Shown here: positions 25,404 through 39,865 of the stretch, in pieces
Layout: each line of letters starts with the position of its first letter
Numbering within the stretch: position 1 is the stretch's first letter
Assembly (NCBI RefSeq): GCF_006345805.1
Contig: NC_043000.1
Location: forward strand, 109,244,063 to 109,308,000
Length of the DNA: 63,938 nucleotides
Source of the DNA: Octopus sinensis
Lineage: Eukaryota
Direction: 5' to 3'
Program-made: the position numbers and the translations under genes
The notes under the pieces: generated by a model
What the model saw: the letters and a program-made list of their open reading frames with translations, nothing else
Database searches by the model: none
What the model was told of the DNA's origin: nothing

Positions 25404-27502
25404 TAGTGTATGTTAGTATTTTTATATACAAAAACAAGTGTCGACATAAGTGTGTGAATATGTATTAATACCTGTATACCTATGTTCGCTGAGATATATA
25501 CAGAAATAATTATATATATACATACATATATATAAAATATATATATATATATATAATGTATATATGTATATATATAACACACGCACATACACACACACAT
25601 ATACATACATCTACATACATACATACATACATACATACATACATACATACAAACATACATACATAATGCATACATGCATATATCTGAGTGTGTGTGTTTA
25701 AACGTGATTTGATGGTTGGCGTTAGTATGTCCATTACAATGGCGCCACGGACACAAACACGCGTGCGCGCACGCACACACTGTCGATTGAGTTAGAAACA
25801 CGTTAAGACTCGTTTCGTTTATTTATTTCACTGTTTCTTTCTGTATTTCTTTATTTATTCATATATTTATCTCTTTGGTTAATCTATAAGTCTATTTGTG
25901 CACCAAGGCAGTGCTTGGTTGACTGGTTTTTTGATCCGCTGTTTCGTATATGTTTCGCTGAATGTTTTATCGATAAGTATCCTAGAAAATAAGAACAGAA
26001 CCAACGGTCCGAAAGTGGAACTAAATACCATGCAACATTAATTCTCGTTTTTCAGCGTTCGAATATCACCGGGATTAACATCTACTTCCATGTTTAATTA
26101 GGGCCCGTAAGAAAATCAGTGACGTCACTTTCTACTGGGTTGGTGAACACGATTGGCTGACTAGACAGGATATTGAGTAAACCAGCCAATGAGAAGTTCA
26201 ATAGTTTGTATACAGGTAAAATGGTTGCCATATGCAAGCAGGTGGGCGAAGACAGTTATTAACGATGGCGGTTTATTTAACTGTGTTGTTGTCGCTGTCG
26301 TTCTTTTTTCCTTTCTTGTTAATCCTTGGTTTATACATGGCAGAGGATCGCAGCATTTAAAGGCAAATCAAATGTCTTTCACACAAAATATTTCATGAAC
26401 TACATTAACCAAAGAACATATCGTATGATTTGAGCGAGATTTGACTGATTTTTTTTTCTTTTGCAGATCGAGCGATTACATAAATGCTCTCTTCGTGGTT
26501 GGAGCAGAAAAGATAAAGATCTTAGATAATCCCCCGTCATAAACAGATTGAGCATTCTGGAACTGACGCCTGATTCTTTGTTGGTTATACAAGCCGATTG
26601 CATCGGGGCTTGTAATTGACTGAGTCTTGATTTGATCAGCCCCGAAGGATTGTAAGGTAAAGTTGATCTCGGCAGGACTGGAGCTCAAAAACACCAGAAG
26701 AAATATTGTTCAGCATTTACTCCGATGGCCTAACAATTCTACCTGCTCGCAGACTTGTTCCTTTATATTGCCATACTGATAGAAATATAGTTGGGCAAGC
26801 TCAACATATTATCGTGAGAAGCGCTGTCTTAACGCATGGGTCACGCTGGACAGTTCCTCCGGGGGCCCATAGCTAGTGATCCAATGCTTAGGATTGAAAG
26901 CGTAGGGAATCTAGTACATTGTTCTGTCTGGGAGCCTAAAATTTCATTCAAACAGCTCTGAACAAGAGGAATGACATTTGACTTTCGTTTAACTCTACGG
27001 AAACGGATATGAAGTTTGTCACCAATAAGTTTGAATAGTATTTCGCTTAAGGTTGCTAGGTTACCGTTGTTAATCAACCTAAGTCACAAGTTAGATTTTA
27101 TCTAAGGTACTTTACATGGGTCCTGGAGAGCATTTATATGACTTTTGACATTGAGAAGTAAAAATATGTCTGTCCATGAAATGATGAACCCAAAGAATGA
27201 CAAATCACTTCACCATTATGAGGGTTAAGTCTGCTTTGAGGAGATTTCTGATAAGACTAATGTATATGTGGTGAGTATCCACCATCAAGTGGGTATATGA
27301 ACGTGTGTGAGTGCATCTGAGTGCGTATGCGTGAAGGTCTTAGCGGAGACACTTCAAAATAAATCAGTTAAATTATATAACATTTTATGGGTATGACACG
27401 TCCTGTTGCAATGGTTTCCACGCCGTATATTTGGCATTGTTGATTCAATACAGAATTAATTGAGATCAGGCGCTTTAATGCTTCACTCCTTCTCCCTCCC
27501 TC

Positions 27503-27563
<61 letters not shown>

Positions 27564-27599
27564 TTGCTTTCTGTGCCAAAAAGTATTGTCTTCGAAACC

Positions 27600-27850
27600 A
27601 ACTCAATATTTAGCCAACCGCATCAAATCACTAGTGCCTAAACAGCCTCGCCCAATCGTCCCTTTTCGACATCTTGTAGCGTGTGTTCCACTGTAAACTG
27701 TGAAGTTTCCGCTACATCAAAACCTTCACAAGGTTTGGATTTCAATTTTGGCGATACTTCACGCTATCTTTCGCTTGTGGTGTTCTGGTTAATGAAATGG
27801 ATCACCGTCGATTTCGACAATGAGTATTTAGTTATTCAATCAACGAAAAT
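27600..27850 (-). mobile_element. Possible highly decayed mariner fragment
   Basis: Minus frames give VEIDGDPF.. and ..KMSKRDDW.., weakly resembling mariner VEIDNDxL...KLDxWVPH. Confidence 0.3.
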
Positions 27851-28459
27851 ATTGCCCATTGAATTAGTGTGTAAGTGGCTGAGCATACCATAGATGCGTA
27901 TACCCTTCACGTAGTTCTCGGGGAGATTTCAGCGTGACATACTAAATGTGACAAGGCTGGCATTTTGAATTACAGCTACAACTCATTTTTGCCAGCTGAA
28001 CGGAATGGCACAACGTGAAATAAATCGTCTCGCGTAATGACTCAATGCGCCGGGAGTCGAACTCAGGACCTTACGATCGTGGGCCGAATACACTAAGCCA
28101 TGCACCTTCATACAGCTACGTGTACGCTTAACGAAATTCTCAGGAAGAGGAAGTGACAAAACTGGGCTTCGAATTACAAGACAATTCTTCTGTGGGTTTC
28201 CCCACAGTTTCTGACAACCCAGTTACAGTCGACTGGAAGTTATGTTAGAAGACCTTAATCCAAGATACCAAGAAATGAGATCGAACCCAGAACATCGCGG
28301 TTGCGAAGGAAACTTCTTAACCATTCTGCTATGTTGCGTCCATAATTGTCCCAAGCGTAATTTTTAATTCTTTCCCCCACCCTACCACTGCTTCCCTCCT
28401 CATGAATCATCTTAAACAAGATTTCGCCTCCTGCCTGTGTACGTGCAGGCTTGGCTGTG

Positions 28460-28614
28460 TAGTTAAGAAGCTCTCTTTGCAACTATGTAATATCAGGTTC
28501 GGTTCCACTGCGCGGCACCTTGGCCAAGTGTTTTCTAATACATCTTCGGGGCCGAATGCCGACCAATTCTTTGTGAGTGAATTTGGTTGAAAGAAAACTG
28601 TGTGAAAGCCCATC

Positions 28615-28620
<6 letters not shown>
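28460..28620 (+). mobile_element. CORE-type SINE 5' half
   Basis: TGGCTGTGTAGTTAAGAAGC..GGTTCGGTTCCACTGCGCGGCACCTTGGCCAAGTG. Confidence 0.7.
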
Positions 28621-28708
<88 letters not shown>

Positions 28709-30606
28709 TTGTATGTATTTGTGACGTCCGGTGTTTGTTTAACCCCGTAATTTAGTGGTTCAGGAAAAGAAAAAGTACCAGACTTGAAAATGTGGCGATT
28801 TGTTCGCTTAAAGCAGTTCAAGACGATACTCCAGCATGGCCGCTGGTCAACAAATGAAACAAATAGATGAGAAAAAATGTAAATAGCATATCCTTGTATT
28901 GGTTTAATTATTGGACTTCAGCCATTTCACCCTGCTGCGTAAATATTTAATTACATCGTCCCTACCGGCTCACTTATTTTTTAATCGATACAAAGGACAG
29001 ACGAACTGAATAGGGATGGGATTTGAATTCAGAAGCTAAACCCTTGAAGTCTTATGCTTTACCGATTTTGCCATCCGACAGTCATTTATTAAATAATATA
29101 TTTTAAGGGTTAAATTTTGTCAAATGAAATTAGACTTGATCGTTGAATTCATTTATGTATTTCAGTTGAATTTGGATGTATAAGTGAAGGCCAACGCTGA
29201 AAGGCAGTAAAAGGGATTAATCAATTGAAATCGAACTTATTTCTCTTAGCTGAAGCCCTCTATAAACTCCAATACGTCAGCTATATTCATCACTCGAGAC
29301 ACTTTACCTCCTGAAATGGCGATTATTAATGCTCCTGTTGTTACCTGACTCTCTGATTCTTCTCGGTTTGCTTTTTATATTCCTTGATACAGAAGACACT
29401 GACCTTCAATCATCTCTCGGGACATACATTTGCACAATCATCTCTGTATCATACTTAGCGTGTATGCTGTCGATAGGTCCGTCACTGCGGTATTTGTATT
29501 ATGATAACTTCTTTTATGGACTTGTTATGTTAATAAAAAATAAATATCAGAGGAAGACGGAAAGTCGTCCCAGCAGCGGCCACCGAGAGCACCAAATGCT
29601 TTTCGCTGTTTTGGGGCTTTTTTCAATTGCTTATACTTGCAGACGACCAAGTGTTCGGATAAGAATCCGTTGTCTCTGGTATAGGAAGAAGTGAATAACA
29701 CATGTATTGATGGTACGAATAGTCGCCCAGATCATTAAACATCCGGTATATGCAATTGAAGCAGTATTTGATTAAAATAGCTACCTATCTATTATAGTTA
29801 ATGTATATACGCAGTTGATAGGTCAGTTACTGTGGTATTTGTCCTCAGAAAACATCTGTTATGGACTTTCTGTGTTAAGAAACACAATAAATATCAGAGG
29901 AGACAAAAATTTGTCTCAGTCATGGCCAGTGATAGTGACGGTGCGTAACAGGAGAGAACATCTTGAGGTGGATAATGGAAGCCATGATCACCACACAATG
30001 CTAAACTAAACATACATTTAACATATCCTACTCACAGAAGGAAAAAAAAAACACTTTTTGGTTATATATAACACAGTCAAAAATTCGAATTCTGACAGTT
30101 GAGTTACTTCACAATAAAGCGACAGCAGGAAACACTGTTTGAGCATAAGATATTATTTACTCACACCACTAACAGATATACCCCATGCAAAGTAGTCAAG
30201 CAATTTCAGCTACTTCCTGGTTTGTGCTTAATGTGAATAGCGTTTGTTATTCAGTTTTCTCCAGAGTCGATGAATAATAATTTCAAACACCCATGATACA
30301 TTCACAATAATTTCTTTCATGTTTCTTTTCTGCAAAGAGAGTAATTAATATATATATATATATATATTATATACTGTACGATTGGCTGTGGTGCGTCCCT
30401 CAGTGCAGAGGTGTCTCGTCTGATGATGCTATAAGGAGTAACTCAGTTTCGCTGTTTTAATACAGCATGTTATCAGTAACCATAGTTTTAAGCCGTTGGT
30501 GCGGAACGAGATATCTCTTATCACCTGACGAGATGCATCTACATCGAGAAATGCGCTACAACTAGTTGTACAGTGTCCCAACCGCGAGGAATCGATGCAG
30601 GATGGA

Positions 30607-31140
30607 TCAAAACGATCGTTGTGAGCGATAAATTACTTTCAAGTTTTGGTTAGAATTGCGAATTATGGGGAGAGTGTCACGTTCATTCATACTGGTTTCT
30701 TTAATTTTCAGCCATTCAATCATGATTTGATTTTTTAGATCATTTAGTTCAGTTGGGTCAATTTGTGTGTGATTTTCTTCATCCATTTGGTTTTCATCTA
30801 CCTTGGTGTTTATGGTTGTTTCAGAGAGTATTTCACTTTGCTTATCAGTTACGTTAACTCTTTCAATCATTATTTTATTCTCATCAGCACTGGGTTGGCC
30901 TATAATTATTTCCTCTGTAGTATCTTCTTTAGCTGCAGCTTCGTTCCTTTTATCCCTTACTGTTTGTTTAATTTGGTCAATCTCTAATTCAGTTAATAAT
31001 TTCTTTTTAATAATGTTTCTTCTGACGTTGGTAAGTTTGTTACTGTCTATGTAGGATGTTACTACAAGGTGCTTCTGTCTCAAGTTTAGGCAGGTTTGCT
31101 CAGTATTAGATCTATTTTGGGGGAAATACATGTCATGATA
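30607..31140 (-). mobile_element. N-terminal ORF fragment of an R4/Dong-like element, next to (ATT)n
   Basis: KLTNVRRNIIKKKLLTELEIDQIKQ...ERDTLPIIR resembles the N-terminal LxDQxRxIxxxxxLxxxEIxxI and RxxLPK motifs of R4/Dong ORFs. An (ATT)n tract lies at 31160-31215. Confidence 0.55.
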
Positions 31141-31172
31141 GAAGGCCTTAAGAATTTATATTATTATTATCA

Positions 31173-31218
<46 letters not shown>

Positions 31219-32284
31219 CACAAATAAAAAGGAGTGGAACTATCATGATAACAGCAACATTACATTTTATGTAACACTGATATTTTAGTCACCAACAGAG
31301 CGTAACGACCACAAACATATTCATTCTTGATTTATTTTCTCGCGTCTTCTCTTTCATTTCTTTTCTTTTTTTTAGTTATTGTTGTTTTATTTCTAACTCT
31401 GCCTATCTGATTTCAACAAAAATGGCTAGGTTTGAAGCAGAAGATTTTGTCTCTGAGAAACTAGAATAAATTAACGCTGCTCTTGAGACGAAGACATGCA
31501 TAAGATAACGCAGCGGGCGTGGCTAACGTGTTCATGTGTATATGTATGTATGTAGGTAGGTAAATATATAAAGGAAATGAAAAGTTTCCTGGGCCCAGCA
31601 AAGCCGAAGCCACGACTGAGAAGCTTGATAACGATGGAAACACTTGATACTGGCCCTGCTCCCGCCGCTGTTCACAGCCAAAGAGATGAGAGCGACGGAA
31701 AAGGGAGAAAACAAAAGCAAATACGTGACAAAACAAGGGCTGCCAAAGACAACGAAGAGCAAAAAGTAAGAGAGAGAAAAAAAAAGTATAGCCTCTAATA
31801 TAAACCATGACAGAAAATAATCTAGGATGGCCTGATGGGGGGTGTCTAGTGAAACTGCTACAATAAAAGGAAAACTTTGAATCACGACAGAAGACCTCCA
31901 ACAATTTGGGCAAAAGAAAGGGGAAGTACAAAAGTAGAAACATCTTCGAATGTTACCGGAAAAGAAATTACTGGCTTGGAGACAATGGAACAAACCTGGC
32001 GTTTTGCACATTTGAAGCCCCGCCACAACTGCATGAGTCTTAATTAGAACTCCTTTACAGAAGGAGGACGAAGAAAGGAGAGGGAACCAAAAGAAGAAGG
32101 AATTACACATAGTCTGCTCCTAAAAGACAATAGGCAGAAATAGTGTGTGTTACTCCGAACAACCAGCTTCACCCAGATATGAAAAGAGCAGCAGCTCACC
32201 TGGCTATGCAAGGGCAGACATGGAATAACAATATCTCCAAGTGTAAGCCTTTACACACAGACCGACCGACAGACAGATAGACAG

Positions 32285-32349
<65 letters not shown>

Positions 32350-32374
32350 TAGATAGATAGATAGATAGATAGAT

Positions 32375-32415
<41 letters not shown>

Positions 32416-33169
32416 ACAGATGTCATTATAAAAACGGCTGCGCATGAGTATGGTCGGTGTTCTTTCATGGCTCCGATCAGGGGTGCAAGAGGCGAACTGC
32501 CCTCGAATTTAGTAACCCTCCAACTAACTTTCATTAGATAATAGTTCTACCTCAATCTTTTACTCATTCATCTCTCCATTCTTATTCTTGCCTCCATTTG
32601 AATAATTTTCGGCTCTCACAAAATGTTCTTTCCAAGAGTCATTCCCTTTACTATGTATTTGTTGTGGATAATTGCTGATCCGCACTGCTGTTCAATTTAT
32701 CAACAATTTAAGATGTGTGGGAAAAAAGCTATCAAGTGCAAATAAAGGAAGAAGTCTCAAAGAGAAACATAAAAAAATTAAACCGGATACTAAACCTGAT
32801 TAATGGCGGCGACCTTAAGGAATCGTTGCCTCGTCGGACAAAATGCTTAGCGGCATTTTCTCTGGTTTGATGTTCTGAGTTCAAAAGCGTTGAGGTCAAC
32901 TTACCCTTTTATCTTTTAGGAATCCGATGAAATAACTACTAGCTGATGTAAAAGACTTGCACCCTCCCCCAAATTTTCAGGCCTTGGGCCTAAATTAGAA
33001 ACCCTGATGCCGCAGGAATAAATTAGCCAGGCTGCCCGAACGTTAAAGTTTGTAGCGTCTACAGTGAGAACAATTCATGGCAAAAGACAAATATTTAATT
33101 GTTCTCAACAAACGACTGCGGCAACTTCTCGAACCTTATTATTTCACAGATCTCATTTTATACTTAGAA

Positions 33170-33480
33170 TGGAACGATTCTTGGATGCACGTATCGAAAG
33201 TTAAATTCAACGAATTGTACCAATAAGCTCGACATTAATTTTAAAAGCCACAACTTCATGTATACGATATGCTGAAAAACGAAAGTGAAACTTCTAACGA
33301 AAGACATTATGTGGCTAATAAAGGCTAACTTAGAAGGTTTAAGGAATGCTTGAATTTGTAAAACATAAAAAATACTGGTGAAGCCAGTGGTGCTGAAACA
33401 AAGGCTGATACTAATTATCCCGAACAACTGGAAAATGATTGCTGGAGGGGCTACGCATCCGAGCAAGTATACAAAGCTGC
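33170..33480 (+). mobile_element. Tigger/pogo-like transposase remnant (CENP-B HTH end and linker)
   Basis: With frameshifts: RMERFLDARIES*IQRIVPISSTLILKA...VANKG*LRRFKECLNL*NIKNTGEASGAETKADTNYPEQL...GYASEQVYK, matching Tigger ASxGWxxRFKxRxxLxNxKxxGEAASAD...GYxxEQV. Confidence 0.7.
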
Positions 33481-33513
33481 ACATAGCATACACATATTGT
33501 ATATATTAACATA

Positions 33514-33596
<83 letters not shown>

Positions 33597-33793
33597 ACAA
33601 TACATAAATACATCATACACCGACACACACACATACACACGCTCACACACATACACACGCTCACACACATACACACACTCAAACTCTCTCACACACACAC
33701 ACACACATATATGCCACAGAACCTCCTCAAAACTGACGCCAGTATATAAGCGTTATCTAAGTTTAATGAGATTATGAAAAATGAAAATTAAAG

Positions 33794-33834
<41 letters not shown>

Positions 33835-34486
33835 AAGAATATATACATATTTATATGTATATGTGTTTATATACGTGTATGTGTGTGTGTGCGCGTAATG
33901 TTAGTATTTAATCCTTCCTAGAGTTAAGATTGAATGAATGTGGCGATATCAATGATACGTTTGTTCCCAAACAACACTTGTGTTAGTGCTGCTGACACCG
34001 CGGGATTGAATGATTCTGCCCAAGAGTCGAAACCATAATGATATCCGTGAGGCAGCTGATGATGGAGGCATGCTGGATTGTTGGTATGGCAGTTATTGTA
34101 TGTGTGGAATAGTTTTATAATACATCCATTTGATATATATATATATTGTTGTAATACGGAATAGTCATTTCTTTTTTTTGTGAAATAAACAAACGCACAA
34201 TATATGTGTTTTTCATTCGTTTGTTACTGTTTTTAAGTGGAACAAGAGCACACATGAAAACACATGTCGCTGAAGAGATCACAGATGTCTGAAGAAAGAT
34301 TTCTGGACAATGGACATGAGTTAAAATAAGAACAGTAATAAACGAGTGAAGAACAAGTATATAGTGCGTGTGATTATTAGAAAAGAAAAATAATCTTTGC
34401 GAAATACAACAATTTCTGTTCCAGCACACGATTTCAGATCAGGAATCTTTCAACACAAATTGATAAACATATATGAGTGTGTGTGC

Positions 34487-34531
<45 letters not shown>

Positions 34532-36127
34532 ATGTATGTGTGTGTGTGTGTGTGCGCGTGCGTGTGTGTGTGTGCGTGTGTGTGTGTGTGCGTGTGTGTG
34601 TGTGCGTGTGTGTGTGTATGTGCGTGCGTGTCTGTGCGTGTGTGTGTGTTTGTGGTGTGTGTGTGTGTGTGTGTGGTGTGTGTGTGTGTTGTGTGTGTGT
34701 GGTGTGTGGTGTGTGTGTGTGTGTGTGTGTGTGTAATTATTTCGCTTAAGCATAGCAATCTTAATAACCAGTTGTTAGAACTTAGATATAAACTTTGAAA
34801 TAAAACGTTAGGCGAGAACAGAGCGTAACATTAAACACCGAATGGTAAGCGAACTTAAAAAACGAAATAAAAACATATACATCTTTGTAATGACTCCGAG
34901 GAGACTGTGCCATCATGCACAAGTACCAGCTCTGCCAGCACCACAGTTTCTCATATATATAGGGGGGGGGGCGTGTGTGTGTGTACGCGCGCGCGTGTTT
35001 ATGTGTGTGTGCGTGTGTGCGTGCGCCGTATTAACGGTTACATAGTTCAATAAATGAATCAAGCATCATTGAGTTGGCATCAGACTTGCATACATCTTTG
35101 TACGAATGGAAATATGTATGTTATTATGCAGACTCCTCTATTTGTCGTGGAACTCCTGTGCGTATAACAACGCATGCATTTGTGATGCAATCTTTTCGAA
35201 CCATCATTATGGCAACTTGGTTGTAATAGTACCCCGCTCACCGGCTGTTGAATCATACATCTTTTATTTTATTATCTATTAGGAAGTAGGGACAGCATCC
35301 ATAATACTTTACAGGGAAGCTGGCCAGTTGGCATAACCGTTACCACTTTGGATAAAAGGCTTGGCGGCATTCTTTCCGACTTTTTAGGTGCCGAGTTCAA
35401 ATCCCGCTGAGGTCAACATTCTCTTTCATCCTTTCAAAATCAATAAAATACCTGTCAAACACTAAGATTCATGTAATCCACTCACCTGCCTCCCCAAAAT
35501 ATCATGCTTTGTGCCTTTATTAGAAGCAGTTCTCTCTTACATGTCCTGTGAGATTAAAGTGCTGGTGAAGGGGTGAGAGAAGCTAGCCTCAAACAAGAGT
35601 CCTATCCCGAAAGCTTGCAAATGAGTCGAATTTCCTTAACATGCACAAGGACCAGATGGCATTGTTAAATATTACAGATTTTTTTTTCTACATTTATTTG
35701 AATTTCACATAACTTGTGTACATCATGCCGGCCCTTGACCCCACTTTCGTTTTAAGTATTAAGCGATATGAATTCACAATAGCTGACGAAACCATTTTGT
35801 TCGAGATATATAACATTATTTAGCACATAACCCTCTTCTGTTCCAAACCTCGACTTATGTCGTTAGCGGCTAATTTAGTCCCAATCACTTTAAAGGCTTT
35901 GATAAGCTTTCTGTTATCTTTAATCTCATCCATATTCACCGAATATTTGCTATGTCACTAATTGGCATAAAATTTAAATCCTCTTCTACAATCAGATTTG
36001 GAATTAGTGTCCTCTCTAACAAAGCCGCACCCCGAGATTACAAATGGATTCGCCACTGTTTCCATCAGGCATCACTCCTTATCTCACATTCGCATTAATT
36101 TAACTTCTGGAATCCTCTGCTGAATAG

Positions 36128-36197
<70 letters not shown>

Positions 36198-36225
36198 CTC
36201 TCTCTCTCTATATATATATATAAGT

Positions 36226-36256
<31 letters not shown>

Positions 36257-36267
36257 TATATATATAT

Positions 36268-36299
<32 letters not shown>

Positions 36300-37620
36300 A
36301 TATACATATACAGGACTTTTTTTTTTAAACATTGCACTTATTCCATGGAGTCTGTTTTGCCAAACCGCTAAGTTACGGGAACGCAAAAAAAAAACCAACT
36401 AATAGTGGTAGGCGATAAACAAAAACACATTCACACACACACACACCACACACTTTGATATATGTGTGTGTTCATGTGTGTATATGCGCGCATACGTGCG
36501 TGTGCGTGTGCGTGTATGTGTCTGTATGATGGGCTTTTTTCAGTTCCCGGCTACCACATACACTCACAAAGCTGTGGTCAGCCTGAGGTTATTGTAGAAG
36601 GCATTCATCGCAGTGCGATTGAACCGGAAACCATGTGATTGAAAAGCAAACTTCTTTCCACACAACCACGCATGCGCAATATAAATTTACTTAAAAAAAG
36701 AAAAACTTCGGAAACCTTAAGTTAGCTGTAACGCCATCGAATAAGGTTTGGATTCGAAAGCCCAGAAGCTTTATCTGGAATAAAGAAAAGAAGCCAACAA
36801 TTAAATGTGACGTTTACCAAAATGTAATGGGAAAATATAAATGGCGTAAGTGGGGGAACGAAACTGACATGGCCTCCACCCTAAAAATAACATTGGAAGA
36901 TTCTAAATAGTTCAGTAAAACGAAATGAAATCACGAAGAGAAGCATTAGATTGACATAATGTACTTTACGAATTGAAAACATTTATCCTTGAAGGTTCTT
37001 TTGTGTACTTTATGAATACGAAATCCCCGCAAAGTTTCGTTTGCAAACAAAACATAAAACAAGTGAATATAAATATAAAATATAAGATATAGGGTATGCA
37101 AAACTAATTTTGTGGATATCAGCCAAGAATGAGCGATGTTCTTCAGGAAGATTCTCTTAAGATGTTGTCTCCTCTTGAGACGTAATTTGATTACCAGATT
37201 ACTGTTTAATATAATTAAATTACTATAGCCAACAAGAATTAGGAACTATCGGAAAATTAGTGAGGTTTTAAAAGTTAAATCGGCAAATAAAGTCTTGTTT
37301 GATATTATTTGGGATGATGCTAAGTTCAAATTCCGCTCAAGTCGACTTTGGCTTTCGTCCTTTCAAGTTCAGTGAAATAAGTACCAGTTGAGCACTGGGA
37401 TCGATGGAATCGATTAGCTTTCTTCTTCTAAACTTTCAAACCTTGTGCTTATATAGTAAAGATTGTTTGCCAACATAACATGGCAGTCCTAGTTTAGGAC
37501 GAATGTTGCTGTAATCTAGCCCCAGGAGACATCGTCTCCAGCTGGCTATACGACACGATGTGTCCTTACATTTTTGAACAAGGGAATCTAGAACTCCCAC
37601 TCAGCTCAAAACAATATCAG

Positions 37621-37660
37621 TGTAACGCGATTTCCGGGTTATTTCACTTCATCAGCACAG
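37621..37660 (-). ncRNA. Decayed minimal type I hammerhead-like motif
   Basis: Minus strand reads CTGTG CTGATGA AGTGAAATAACCCG GAAA TCGCGT TA CAC. The core boxes are intact and stem I is GTG/CAC, but stems II and III are damaged. Confidence 0.35.
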
Positions 37661-39137
37661 AACAATTGCTCGGCTAGAGGTGGCGCTGCCAAATTTCCGT
37701 TCGAAATATATAGTTTCCAGAGTGACAACTCGTCACTGATTTATATTTCTTGAGCTTATAGTAGAAATAATTATTTGGGATCACGAAGGCAGCAAGCTGA
37801 CAGAATCAGTATCACGTCGGACAAAATGCTTTACGGTATATCTTTTGGCTCTAAATGTTCTGAGTTAAAATTCCGCAGAGGTCAACTTTGCCCTTCATTC
37901 TTTAGGGGTCGATAAATAAACTTACCTCTCTCCTTACAATTGCTGCCATCTTGTCCAGAATTATGATACACTAGATAAGACCAGAAGGAACGATTTCTCC
38001 ATAGAATCCACATTGACCTGAATTGGAAAGAATTATTCGAGATCAGAGAATAGAATTATTTCTATTCGGAGTCAAAATGCCGGATCTTAAATAAATGTTC
38101 TACTTCCCACAAAACATTACTGATACAACAGCGTACATATTGACACATCTGTATCCAAAGAATAGCGATACAAAAACATCGCTCTTTCGAGAGATAGCGT
38201 AGCTTCATATATCATAAACTACAAATGAACTCCATGTCTGAAATAGAATGAATATGCAAAACCGTCGTAAAATTTAATACACAAAAAAACAAAAAGGAAA
38301 AGAAAAGTTTGGAAAGCACGTAGTATTCCTGATATCGTGTTTCATTAGAAGCCAACTACCAGGCATCTAACCCATCAAAACAACACAGAAATCTGTTCAT
38401 AAAAATATATATATATACATGCATACAGGGTGTAATATACGTTGAAGGTTTAAGGATATATTTGTGTGACTACAGACATTTGTTTTTAGTAAAAATTTGC
38501 TTCTTCCAATTAAGCATGATTTGAAAATTCTTGCATCAAACCTTCCATCAATAATTCATTACTTATCTCACGTTTTGCAGTAAATTGTCTCATTAAATCC
38601 CTCAACATGTGCATATAAATGGCTGCACATTCGTTTTTGCAACAATTAATCTGAATTACAACAGCTGTCTTCTCCTCCAGCTGCGAATCATCTGGACGTT
38701 TCTTCATTGTCCTATTTGCACTACTTACACTATACAACTAAATCCAAGCGTGCAGCAACACCTACACAAACAAACTCTCTTTTAGCATTTATACATATAA
38801 CATATAAATAAACACGCACACACACTGATATAAAAATACACACTCTTTCTCTTACTACCTGTCTCTTTCGTTTCCTCTCTCACTCTCCCTAGCTCTCACA
38901 TATACACACACACACACACACTATCTATCTATCGGTCTGTGTGTGTGTTTGTCTGTCTTATCTTTATCTCCGCTAAAATTTTAAATATGCCGCTCTCTTC
39001 AACACCCCTTTGAAAGGTATATAAATATTTCTTTACGCGCAGATATGTTTGTATGCATATACACAGGTACATAAAAGAATGTAAATACACCCCCACCTCT
39101 ATTCTTCCATGATTATACACACACACACACACACACA

Positions 39138-39172
<35 letters not shown>

Positions 39173-39357
39173 ATATATATATATATAATATATATATATT
39201 ATATATATATATATATATATATGCATATCAAGCAAACATACAGACAGGTTCGTGGACGCACAAACTCACCCGGATATATGTATTTATTGGGAGAGCGAGA
39301 ATTATATAAAAGAAAGAAAGAAAGAAAGAAAGAAAGGAAGGAAGGAAGGAAAAGAAA

Positions 39358-39457
<100 letters not shown>

Positions 39458-39566
39458 AAGGAGAGGAAATTGAGAGTGGGTGTGCAATCGTTCTTGAATT
39501 TCTATCCACTAAAGGAGATTTGTTGGACATAAACACTGCATTTACTTATATTATCTCGGCTGACAG

Positions 39567-39614
39567 GGCACGGCACGGCACAGCACGGCACAGCACGGCA
39601 CGGCAGGGTGGCAC
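39567..39614. repeat. (GGCAC/AGCAC)n GC-rich pentamer run
   Basis: GGCACGGCACGGCACAGCACGGCACAGCACGGCACGGCAGGGTGGCAC. Confidence 0.9.
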
Positions 39615-39865
39615 AAAGCATAGTCTCCGGTTGAAATTTACTTTCAAATAATAATAGTCGAGGATTGCATGGACAAAACGGGTATTACTGGTATTGGTGA
39701 TGAAGAGCCAATCAACTCTCAAAGATTTTTCATTTTGCTCTACGGATCCATAGAACCCGTAACTGACACATATTTTATAATTCAGAGAAAAGAACATAAC
39801 AGGATGTTGTGAACATAAAAAGGATGCGAGCGTAATACGAGATTGCCGGAAGTTTATTTAAACAA

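Noticed and set aside
30410-30560. CTGATGA and CTGACGA boxes near the Dong N-terminal fragment
   Set aside because: The second has a GATG/CATC stem but is followed by GAGAA with no stem I/III partner; neither folds as a hammerhead.
31820-31870. WPDGG peptide resembling the PTP WPD loop
   Set aside because: It lacks the preceding QFHF/Y-x-x context and splice signals and needs a frameshift; probably chance.
31500-32200. Purine-rich segment that might be a decayed LINE ORF1
   Set aside because: No diagnostic motif (zinc knuckle or RRM) is recognisable and there are multiple stops.
34020-34065. GAAA...CTGATGA order suggesting a type II hammerhead
   Set aside because: Stems II and III cannot be formed.
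38510-38740. Possible pogo/Brinker-like N-terminus on the minus strand
   Set aside because: Only a weak MIRSWRR resemblance.
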